Assembly: GCA_003345595.1 (NCBI GenBank)
Contig: PRDI01000123.1
Coordinates: 1-38,718, forward strand
Origin: Candidatus Thorarchaeota archaeon
GTDB taxonomy: Archaea > Asgardarchaeota > Thorarchaeia > Thorarchaeales > Thorarchaeaceae
Length of the DNA stretch: 38,718 nucleotides
Direction: 5' to 3'
The translations under genes and the position numbers were made by a program. This document shows positions 18,076-26,360 of this stretch, in pieces (positions within the stretch are counted from its first letter, which is position 1; each line of letters starts with the position of its first letter). The notes beneath the pieces were generated by a model. It did no database searches. It was not told the DNA's origin and saw only the letters and a list, made by a program, of their open reading frames with translations.

Positions 18076-19283
18076 TCGAATCGCCCCACTAGATGTCCAA
18101 GACTGTGTATGATGCCGGGACCTTTCTCCCGGTCCTCTCCCTCAGCAGTCAGGCAGATCTGGTATCGCAGGATAGTACCCAACATTCTCACAGATCCTGT
18201 CCATAGAACGAATCCACCCAAGAGCACAGCCAACGGAATGAATAGAATAGCACCTGAATCATCGGATGACGAACTACCCTGAAGCACTGCATATGTCACA
18301 TAGGGCAAGGCCTGAAGTAGAAGTGCAGACGAAATGAGCATGGTGACACTTGTCAGCCATTTTCCAATTCTATATCGCTTAGTCACGGGTACTTCCCCGA
18401 GGAGAACCTCCCCCGTGACCCCGGATACAGCCACCCTGAAGGTCCCGTTTCTAAACGTGAATGGCACTAGCCAGTAGGGAACGTGAACATAAGTGCAGTC
18501 CTTCGTATGTACGTCAAGCTGATAGTCAAATAGGCGCTCCACTTCCTTCAACAGCGCCGCCCTGTCCTTCTCCGATTTTCTTTGGCGCGCCCGGGGCTGA
18601 GCATCGGCCTCCGTTATCTCGGAATTGAGTACCGGAGAGGACTGGGTGGCCTTGATGTCAAAAGTGACAGGTTTCGTATCGTCAATCGAGTCGATGAACT
18701 CCTCCATGGCGAAGTCAACTGCATGTCGTCGTGCAAGAATCCAGATTGATCCTTCCCCGGTTTCGCCGGACTCGATTCGGACCCAACCATGATGACCTTC
18801 TCTCCTGTCTTTGTTGGCACCCAAGTAGTGGGTCTTGTAGCTGGAGTCAACTCGGAACATGGGAAGCCACTGCAACATCGGACTGTCAATATCCGCACTC
18901 TTAGCTACACTGGGGCCGATGGACTTCGCTGCTGAAGAGCGAATCCACCCTAGCACGACATCACGAACATTCTGAGCGTCGAGTCTGTTTGGTAACATGA
19001 GATGTTTAGATGTGGTGCCGCCGTCCACAGTGAATGTGAAACCGCAGTAGGGACAGGTGGCAATGACATCATCTGCACCGAGCGGATAAGGAGCATTGCA
19101 GCTCTGACATCTATACTGAACCAGACGAACCCCGTCCGACTCCTCTGATGGAGTGCTTTCAGACTTTTTTAGTGGCACACTCTCAGGCTTCTTAGATGAT
19201 GACCTTCCGGGTTTCTTAGATGGAGCCAAAGTCGACACATACCACCTCTGCAGCTGCGAGAACAATCCATCAAAGTGCCCCAC
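18072..19283 (-). CDS. Zn-ribbon membrane protein, paralogue of 17098-18075
   Basis: CQSC..CPYC, WLPMF, VHVPYWLVPFTF...VSGVTGEVL and two C-terminal TM helices. Confidence 0.75.
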   Translation of the reverse strand: MGHFDGLFSQLQRWYVSTLAPSKKPGRSSSKKPESVPLKKSESTPSEESDGVRLVQYRCQSCNAPYPLGADDVIATCPYCGFTFTVDGGTTSKHLMLPNRLDAQNVRDVVLGWIRSSAAKSIGPSVAKSADIDSPMLQWLPMFRVDSSYKTHYLGANKDRREGHHGWVRIESGETGEGSIWILARRHAVDFAMEEFIDSIDDTKPVTFDIKATQSSPVLNSEITEADAQPRARQRKSEKDRAALLKEVERLFDYQLDVHTKDCTYVHVPYWLVPFTFRNGTFRVAVSGVTGEVLLGEVPVTKRYRIGKWLTSVTMLISSALLLQALPYVTYAVLQGSSSSDDSGAILFIPLAVLLGGFVLWTGSVRMLGTILRYQICLTAEGEDREKGPGIIHSLGHLVGRFE

Positions 19284-19446
19284 GCGAAAGAGCGCATTGA
19301 TGTTGCTCAGGAGAGAGCACTCCGTAGGTCCGATAGTGGGTCTTCTCCGCGGCTTTGCGCTACGATGCCCGACTTCGGAACGTATAAATCATGCTGTGCC
19401 GTGCACAACCTAGTATATCAAACCTCTTTGGAGGAAAGTATGGAAT

Positions 19447-19809
19447 ATGCAGATTCCCGCATTTCTCTTGAGGAAACTCTACATTAAGGGTAGCCTCCAG
19501 AACTTACCAGATGGCTTCCAGTTCAAAATCAAGAACACGCTCTCACCAGGCACCGCGATTGGTATGACGCCACTCAAGGTCGACAAAGTGGACTTTCCAC
19601 TGGATGCCACGACAATAATGGCCGAAGCCTCTAAGATCACGGCCTCTGAAATCACCGAGAACAAGACCTTCCCAATCAAGGTGGGCGTAGAGATTACGAT
19701 TCAAGTGAAAGGGAAGCCTCTGGCTAAAGGCGAACACACACTCGACATCGGAATCAAGACCAAAGAGGCGGGTTCACTCGCTTTTGACGTAAAGGACGCA
19801 CTTGCTTGA
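19447..19809 (+). CDS. Conserved hypothetical beta-sandwich protein
   Basis: LLRKLYIKGSLQN..DGFQFKIKNTL...GEHTLDI; GGAGG upstream. From memory it resembles a small domain found alone in archaea and fused to some HMG-CoA reductases (unverified). Confidence 0.6.
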   Translation: MQIPAFLLRKLYIKGSLQNLPDGFQFKIKNTLSPGTAIGMTPLKVDKVDFPLDATTIMAEASKITASEITENKTFPIKVGVEITIQVKGKPLAKGEHTLDIGIKTKEAGSLAFDVKDALA

Positions 19810-19822
19810 ACCCTGACTTTGA

Positions 19823-19907
19823 GAGAAGGCCCATCGCCTTCTCCATTCCCCGCTTTTGGTCGACCCGAGTTGATGGTTTGTCCTAAAGGCTCGGCTTGGC
19901 CGAAGCC
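19823..19907. terminator. Two stem-loops in a convergent intergenic gap
   Basis: GAGAAGGC-N5-GCCTTCTC (19823-19843) and a bulged GGCTCGGC-TTG-GCCGAAGCC (19888-19907). Confidence 0.45.
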
Positions 19908-19918
19908 CATTCATCTTT

Positions 19919-21478
19919 TCAGCCTGTCTTAGGCCGCCGCAGGACTATCACAATCAGGACGACTGCTGCGACCCCGGCCAAACCAACAATCACTAGGACT
20001 TGAGTGAAATCAACTGGCTGAGTAGTCGTGGTAGTCGTGCTCGTTGTTGTGGAACCTGTAGTCCTGAACACGAACACAGTATGACTCCAGACCCCCTCAG
20101 AGCTGTATGCGTAGACATCCAGTTGGTGCTGACCCGGCGAAGAGGGCAACCCTGTGAGTGTCGTCATGTTTGCCGCGCCATCCCAAGAGTAAAGCTTCGA
20201 AACTGGGACCTCACTGAAGTAGATTTCCGGCAATGTGCCAGCTTGCTTGAGACTGTTATTGGCGACAACCCTCAGGAAGATCTCAATCGGTCCTTCGTAA
20301 GGCAATCGATAGTTGTCCATGGTTTCTGAGCTCAGCCCGATTGCCGTGATGTTCACGAGGCTCGGACTCACTTGTACTCTCAAGTAGTGGTTGAATGCTC
20401 CGCCCCAAGGAGTACCGTACAGTGGGGCTCCGGCACCGCCTGTAATGAGATGCACAACCCCATTGACAGTCATGCGATTGTACAGGTGGTCGTGACCTGC
20501 CACGAACAGTGTGAGATTGACAGACTCGAAAAGCTGTTGCATGCCGTCACGTTCCGTCTTATTCTCATCGAGCGAACTCCCAATGTGGCTCAGTGGGTAG
20601 AGAGGACGATGAACGAACACAAACTTCATTCGTGATCCGGAACTCGTGAGGTCGCTCGTCAGCCAAGTGGACTGTAATCCGGTGATTCTGCTCTGAGGGC
20701 CAGAAACCTCCGAATCCAGAACGACAAAATGGACCCCAGCATAATCGAAGGAAAAGTAGGTTGAGGGCTCTCCGAACTGCTCAAATGCATCAAGGAAGTA
20801 GCTTATCATGGGAGAGCCAACAGCTAGCCCGGTGTCGTGGTTGCCGATGGCAGCATAGATTGGGACGTAGTGTCCAAGGCGTTCAGTGATGTTGAGGAAA
20901 GCTGACCACCTTAATCTGTTGGTGCCAAGGTCATTGTTTACAGTGTATACGTAGTCGCCGGTCATCACCACGATGTCTGGAGCCTCAGCGATCGTCATAT
21001 TGATGATCTTAGAGTACGCCGCCGGCTGTACATAGGTGTCGGTGTCAGGTCTGTTATCTCCGAAGACGACCATCTTGAACGGCTCACCATCTGCTGGAGC
21101 GGTCTTGAAATTGTAGATGTCGCTTGAAGTGTCATTAGAGGTGACCTTGTAGTAGTACCTGTTCCCTTCTTCAAGCCCAGTCATCTTGATGCGATGAGTG
21201 ACATCGAGGGTGCTATTGGAAACTTTGTCCGCAAGACTCATGTTTAGTCCGTATTGCACTGTCGCATTCGTCGGAAGGTAAGTCTTCCACAGCAACACGG
21301 CCGATTGGTTTGTAACCATGTGCACGGTTGGCCCTCGAGTAATCAATGCAGATGACGACTCCATGTATATGCTCTGACTGAGATTCGCTTCTGCAAGTCT
21401 GTTTCCTGCTAAGAATCCTGTAGAAAGAGGGACAACAACGAGCACAAATAAGACTAGATGACCGATAGTTCTATGCAA
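19919..21478 (-). CDS. Surface-anchored metallophosphoesterase (purple-acid-phosphatase-like, FN3-type N-terminal domain)
   Basis: Motifs GD, GDYVY, GNHD, H and GHDH; FN3-like HRIKMTGLEEGNRYYYKV. Signal-like N-terminus, Thr-rich linker, C-terminal TM helix and basic tail. Start moved to TTG 21478 to avoid overlap with the divergent GNAT gene. Confidence 0.88.
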   Translation of the reverse strand: MHRTIGHLVLFVLVVVPLSTGFLAGNRLAEANLSQSIYMESSSALITRGPTVHMVTNQSAVLLWKTYLPTNATVQYGLNMSLADKVSNSTLDVTHRIKMTGLEEGNRYYYKVTSNDTSSDIYNFKTAPADGEPFKMVVFGDNRPDTDTYVQPAAYSKIINMTIAEAPDIVVMTGDYVYTVNNDLGTNRLRWSAFLNITERLGHYVPIYAAIGNHDTGLAVGSPMISYFLDAFEQFGEPSTYFSFDYAGVHFVVLDSEVSGPQSRITGLQSTWLTSDLTSSGSRMKFVFVHRPLYPLSHIGSSLDENKTERDGMQQLFESVNLTLFVAGHDHLYNRMTVNGVVHLITGGAGAPLYGTPWGGAFNHYLRVQVSPSLVNITAIGLSSETMDNYRLPYEGPIEIFLRVVANNSLKQAGTLPEIYFSEVPVSKLYSWDGAANMTTLTGLPSSPGQHQLDVYAYSSEGVWSHTVFVFRTTGSTTTSTTTTTTQPVDFTQVLVIVGLAGVAAVVLIVIVLRRPKTG

Positions 21479-21551
21479 CCAGTTCAACCTGCTTCTTGAG
21501 GAGTGGGGCCTAGTACTTAAGCACTGACCTACGACGAGCTTCAGCGCATCG

Positions 21552-22652
21552 GTGAATAACATGGAGGATAGCCGCGTCATTCGTTCGTACAGGAAGGGAG
21601 ATGAGTATGCAATAGCGCGCCTCTATAATCTCTGCTTCAGCGAGAGCGGGATTCTGTTTCCACGGTCTCCTCAGAGCTGGGTCTGGCGCTATGTGAGTCG
21701 GCCTCGATTCGATCCGGATTCAGTGTTTCTAGCTGAGGATTCTGGCAGGCTTGTTGCCTCTCTGGTCATGACATATGGCGATATGTCCGTGAACGGGGAC
21801 TCGATGCCAGTCGCCATGATTGATGATGTTTCGACACACCCTGACCATAGGAGGCGGGGATTCGCAGCCATGCTAGTCCAGCGAGCCATCGACCGCGCCA
21901 AGGATAGAGGGTGTCGACTCGTCCACCTTACTGCAGGCACCTCTGGAACTGGATTCAGAATCTACCATCGAGCTGGCTTTAGGACTGTTACGACGTGTGA
22001 TGTCATGTTCTCTGTACTTGGCGGACGTGAGAGCGCGGGTATTGTGGGTCCGGTCTTGTCGCTGCCGATGATTGCTGCCCACGCGATTCTCAGCATGAAG
22101 GCGAGGAAAAGTGTCGACTATGGGCTAAGACTCGAGGAAATGGTCGAAGAGGACGCAGGTGTCCGACTACTTGCTACGTACCAGAAGCTGTCTCATCGAA
22201 ATGGGCTCCTGCTTGCTGGGCAAAACTATGGAAGATGGCTCATTGGATCAAGACCGCTCGGAAAGACATCTCTGTTCGCGATAAGACTTCTTGGTGACAT
22301 AATCGGGGCGATGACCGTCTCATCAGTTCATACTCTATTCCATGGCAGGCCCGCGAAGATCGCCAGCATTATGAGCCCTCTCATGCCAGAAGAATTGAGG
22401 ACCGTAGACCCAGTCGCAGCTGCACTGAAGAGGGCAGGACGGTTCTCAGCGGCCCGTTTGGACTGCGTGGCGGCAACCTTGCTGACAGACTCTAGGGATA
22501 CCATCACCAAGAAGGCCTGCCAGCGGGTCGGATTCCTACGCGTTGGGTCTACAGCATCAATGGTACATCCTCTTGGCGAACCAGGCAGGATAGGAGAACT
22601 CAGGAAGGGGCTTTGGGCTCAGCCCCTGGAAACAGCGAAGTCTGCCCCCTAG
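21552..22652 (+). CDS. GNAT-family N-acetyltransferase (two-domain)
   Basis: IDDVSTHPDHRRRGFA acetyl-CoA-binding motif and IYHRAGF, followed by a second degenerate GNAT-like domain ending QRVGFL. Confidence 0.85.
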   Translation: MNNMEDSRVIRSYRKGDEYAIARLYNLCFSESGILFPRSPQSWVWRYVSRPRFDPDSVFLAEDSGRLVASLVMTYGDMSVNGDSMPVAMIDDVSTHPDHRRRGFAAMLVQRAIDRAKDRGCRLVHLTAGTSGTGFRIYHRAGFRTVTTCDVMFSVLGGRESAGIVGPVLSLPMIAAHAILSMKARKSVDYGLRLEEMVEEDAGVRLLATYQKLSHRNGLLLAGQNYGRWLIGSRPLGKTSLFAIRLLGDIIGAMTVSSVHTLFHGRPAKIASIMSPLMPEELRTVDPVAAALKRAGRFSAARLDCVAATLLTDSRDTITKKACQRVGFLRVGSTASMVHPLGEPGRIGELRKGLWAQPLETAKSAP

Positions 22653-22751
22653 AAAGTGACTGTATGTCCAGCTCGGAACGCAGCAATACGACTGTATTCC
22701 ACACCCACAACAGTTTTGAACCACTAGTTCATCCCAAAGACGGGTGTTAGT

Positions 22752-23666
22752 TTGTACATTAAGATACGCAAGGATGGGGCCTTGGGTTTTGGCCGCGGTA
22801 CTGAAGGCGTAGCAGAAATCACGTTGGGCTATGGCGAAGCGCACATGGCGGCAGCTGCCTTGGAGAAGCTTGCGCAGACCGCCCGCAGCTACAAGCAGAC
22901 GTATGTTAAGACGACCGGCGTAGGCGGTGGCAATAAGATAGACTTTGAGAGAGCAGATGATGGCACAATCACGATCTCAGGAGATGGCCATTCGTACTTC
23001 TGCACCGAGAAAGAAGTGAGAGACCTGGCAGAACTGCTGAACCACCTGCCTCCTGTTCAGGTGTCACCAGCGTCGGACTATGTTCAGAAGATCCCTCCCG
23101 AAGCGGGCATTTGCATCACCGTCAAGAATGGTGGAAAAGCAATCCAGATGAAACTCCCCGAGGCAGCCTTGATGAAGACTGCTGTCGTCACCAGTCTTGA
23201 AAGCCGGTTCTATGAGGAACATATAGTGAATGGCAATCGGAGACTGAGTGTTCAGAGAAGCAGTGACCTGAAATGGGAGCTCGGTGTGAATGATGAGAGG
23301 GTGAAGTTCACAGCCTACGAGATTGAGGCTCTGCTCGCTGGACTCCAGAACTCCATACTCGACGTATTGATGGACCTAGTGAAGTCGATGGGGGCGGACA
23401 AGATTGCGGATATTAGGGTCAAGAGTCAGATACAGAGAGTAGAGCAAGAGTCTCTGAAAATACTTGGCGACTTCAAGAAAGCCAAGACGATTTCCAAGAA
23501 TGTGACAAAGTCCGCCACCAGGATCTTGGGAACATCGGAGGACGCCGATGCACGAACTACAGAGTTCATAGAGATGGCCAAGTATGTGTACTCGAGTGTG
23601 GAACCACAGTTCCACGCGCCTCTTCTCGACCTCCTCGGATCCGCATTTGTGTTCACCAGCAAGTGA
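22752..23666 (+). CDS. Hypothetical protein with an internal tandem duplication of beta-beta-beta-alpha units and a helical C-terminus
   Basis: Uninterrupted 304-aa ORF filling the gap, with a TTG start. The internal similarity is described in the findings. Confidence 0.7.
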   Translation: MYIKIRKDGALGFGRGTEGVAEITLGYGEAHMAAAALEKLAQTARSYKQTYVKTTGVGGGNKIDFERADDGTITISGDGHSYFCTEKEVRDLAELLNHLPPVQVSPASDYVQKIPPEAGICITVKNGGKAIQMKLPEAALMKTAVVTSLESRFYEEHIVNGNRRLSVQRSSDLKWELGVNDERVKFTAYEIEALLAGLQNSILDVLMDLVKSMGADKIADIRVKSQIQRVEQESLKILGDFKKAKTISKNVTKSATRILGTSEDADARTTEFIEMAKYVYSSVEPQFHAPLLDLLGSAFVFTSK

Positions 23667-23681
23667 GCAACTGACTCCAAA

Positions 23682-25112
23682 CTAGGCAGGCGGGGGGGAG
23701 TCAAGGATCGCGGTTGACCAAGGGTACCTCTCCAGTACTCCTTGGAGCAGTCTACGTACTTTCCGTTCCTCGGAAGTCCCGGCATAGGCGAGGAGAAGGA
23801 CAAGCCCCCCTCTCGTACGCTTGAACTTCTGATACATCGTCTTGGTGGTGTTTATGGTGTCGCACACAACCATTACATCGGCTTGGGGGATGTCTAGGTC
23901 TCTTTCGCCAACAGGTGACATCACAAGGGCGCTCTGTTCGTCAGCTTCTTTGAACCGCTTGAGGACATCCGCCTTGTCTGGACTCGCACCAGTTAATGCG
24001 AACACGCTGAAACCCGATTTCTCCAGCACGCCCCGAATCTGCTTCACCATCTCGATGTAGGACGTCAGGACTACGGTCTTCTTGTGGTTCACTGCAACCT
24101 CAAGAACACGCAAGGTCTTCGCTGACACTGTGTGAAAAGCGCGACCAAGCTCGCTCAGATTAAAATAATGCTTGAGATAGTCACCGTGGAACATCCTTAG
24201 GAACTGCTTGGGCGGCATAGCATAGACATACTTGCGAAGCATAAGTAGTGATGAATACTGGCCTTTGAGGTCATCCGACACAGGAAGTCTCTCCAAGAGA
24301 AGATGGACTCTCCTCGAATCGCCCTCTACTAGATCGAGATTGTCTGTTTCCTCGAGATCCCTCATGATCTCTGTGCGTACGCTACGGACCAACTCGTCAA
24401 GCACCAGAGACACAGATCTGATTCTCGCATCCACAACTAGGCTCATTGCCAAGAAAGTTGGTTCAAGGTACTCCTCAACATCAGTGCCGTACAGTTCCTC
24501 CATCGTGATTACATGAGCACCAGTGATGTACTCCTTGAGAGTTTCCAGCTCCTTTCGGATTTCTAACTGCTCTGCGGTGAACACTGCATGGTCATCGCGC
24601 AGGGTGCCGCTCATGCCAATCAGCCATTTGTCCTTGAACACAGTTAGAATCGTGGACCACGGATAAACAAGGGTGGACGCTGAGCTCGTTCTCTTCACTA
24701 GAGTGTCGACTTCGTTGATCAACAACATTTCAAATGAGTCTAGCAGACCGGGTTGAGTTGCGGCCATTGAGGCGAGGACTTGAGGAGTGGCTACTATCAC
24801 ACGTTTCTCAACTAGTTGCCGTACCCTTCGAGCTGACGGGATTCTTGAAGACAGCTCGCCAAGATCCTTCTCGAGACCCCCGTATTCCTTCCGCAAGTAG
24901 TCAACGGTTTCTGCGAGAGACGATGAGGAATGGACTACAATCAGTATCTTCGAGTTCGGAAACCTCTGTGTGACTAGCTGGTGGGTGATGAACCGTTTTC
25001 CTAGGCCGCAGTCCAGCTCTAGAAGTAGATTAGTCCCTCTGAGCTCTGAGATTCTCTCCAGTATGTAGTTTTGGTAGCCTCGGGGTGTGTACTTCGGCTT
25101 CGACTCCGACAT
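23682..25112 (-). CDS. SF2 helicase-like protein (Hef/FANCM/Mph1-like) with degenerate catalytic motifs
   Basis: PRGYQ (Q motif), LDCGLGKR (I), VATPQ (Ib), INEVD (II), GMSGT (III), SPVGERDLDIP (V) and YQKFKRTR (VI). Start placed at ATG 25112. Confidence 0.8.
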   Translation of the reverse strand: MSESKPKYTPRGYQNYILERISELRGTNLLLELDCGLGKRFITHQLVTQRFPNSKILIVVHSSSSLAETVDYLRKEYGGLEKDLGELSSRIPSARRVRQLVEKRVIVATPQVLASMAATQPGLLDSFEMLLINEVDTLVKRTSSASTLVYPWSTILTVFKDKWLIGMSGTLRDDHAVFTAEQLEIRKELETLKEYITGAHVITMEELYGTDVEEYLEPTFLAMSLVVDARIRSVSLVLDELVRSVRTEIMRDLEETDNLDLVEGDSRRVHLLLERLPVSDDLKGQYSSLLMLRKYVYAMPPKQFLRMFHGDYLKHYFNLSELGRAFHTVSAKTLRVLEVAVNHKKTVVLTSYIEMVKQIRGVLEKSGFSVFALTGASPDKADVLKRFKEADEQSALVMSPVGERDLDIPQADVMVVCDTINTTKTMYQKFKRTRGGLVLLLAYAGTSEERKVRRLLQGVLERYPWSTAILDSPPPA

Positions 25113-25332
25113 AATACTGGCACGTCCTTGCGTAGTCTTATGAATCCATACTGGAAAACACCTTGAAGACCATCGCCAATTTCCCCATCGACGAAATGTC
25201 TTTGGGCCTGGCACACTAATGCTTTCTTTCTAACTAATCAGTCAGAACCCCGAACTGCTTTACAGCCTTTCGGCTCTTGACTCGCAGCAGGAGAATCATG
25301 GCTGGAACCTCGGTGGACAGACCGAGGGCGGC

Positions 25333-26214
25333 TTACTGAGAGCCAGACGGCTTGGTGCTAGGATCATCCGCTTTGTCAGTCACAGATCCATTGACCACAA
25401 TGTGTGAATCGATTGCACCCTGCGACTGAAGAGCCACGATTACCTCTGGCTTCTTCGGAATTGCCTTCCCGTTTATCCAGATAGTGTTCGGGGGGATTGC
25501 CCTATCCTTGGGTACAACTGTGTTTGCCCCAACGATCACGTTGTCGCCAATATTAGCACCGGCTAGGATTACCGCGTTCGCCCCGACAGTCACATTGTTA
25601 CCTATTCGTACAGTCTTCAGATACAATCTGTCGCCCTCGTAGACATGACCACTCATTATGGCGTTGTATCCAAAGAAACAGTTGCTCCCGATCACCGTGC
25701 GCTCAGGATTGAACAGGCGCCCATTGCCGACAATAGTGTTCTTGCCAATCTTTGCGCCAAAGAGCGTGTGTCTTGGCTTGGTGTCGAGAAAGACAGAGAA
25801 GAAGGATGTGAAATGCGCAAAGATGACGTAGTACGACTCGTAGTATTCGTAAGTCAGCCACTGTTCGGACTCAACTGTGTAGTAGCCGTCATCAAAGTGC
25901 GGCAATAAGCGCCGCGATCCCTTGAACATCAAGGCGAGGATTCCCAAGAAGATGCCATAGCAGATGGCTAAGCTGGGTACGAACAAGATAATGAACCAGA
26001 GCTTCTCGGGCACAAACTCTGGCAGAAAAGGACCAAGCGTGCTCTGGACGAAAAGCCGGACTGGTGCGAATGGCCAGCCAACCGTGTCCAGTAAAGGGTC
26101 CACGTTGTGGAATAGAAGGAACATTAGGAGCATAGCCGGAACAGAAGCAACTGACATGCTGACAAGAATCGAGAGCACTAAGTACACTGAGTAGGCGATG
26201 GATTTCAGCTTCAT
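25333..26214 (-). CDS. Membrane-associated left-handed beta-helix (hexapeptide repeat) acyltransferase-like protein
   Basis: N-terminal TM helices, then FGAKIGKNTIV, IGSNCFFGYNAIMSGH and IGNNVTVGANAVILAGANIGDNVIVGANTVV. Confidence 0.85.
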   Translation of the reverse strand: MKLKSIAYSVYLVLSILVSMSVASVPAMLLMFLLFHNVDPLLDTVGWPFAPVRLFVQSTLGPFLPEFVPEKLWFIILFVPSLAICYGIFLGILALMFKGSRRLLPHFDDGYYTVESEQWLTYEYYESYYVIFAHFTSFFSVFLDTKPRHTLFGAKIGKNTIVGNGRLFNPERTVIGSNCFFGYNAIMSGHVYEGDRLYLKTVRIGNNVTVGANAVILAGANIGDNVIVGANTVVPKDRAIPPNTIWINGKAIPKKPEVIVALQSQGAIDSHIVVNGSVTDKADDPSTKPSGSQ

Positions 26215-26360
26215 TCCTAGTTCGCTCTTCTTCGAAGGTCGAGGGTTACGACACCGAACGGCCTTTTAATATATACTTGTGGACAACTCAACCAGGATTT
26301 GTTTCAGAAAAGCATATACGCCCACGCCCGGAGCCGGGCATCTCTCAGGGGTACTGATAT

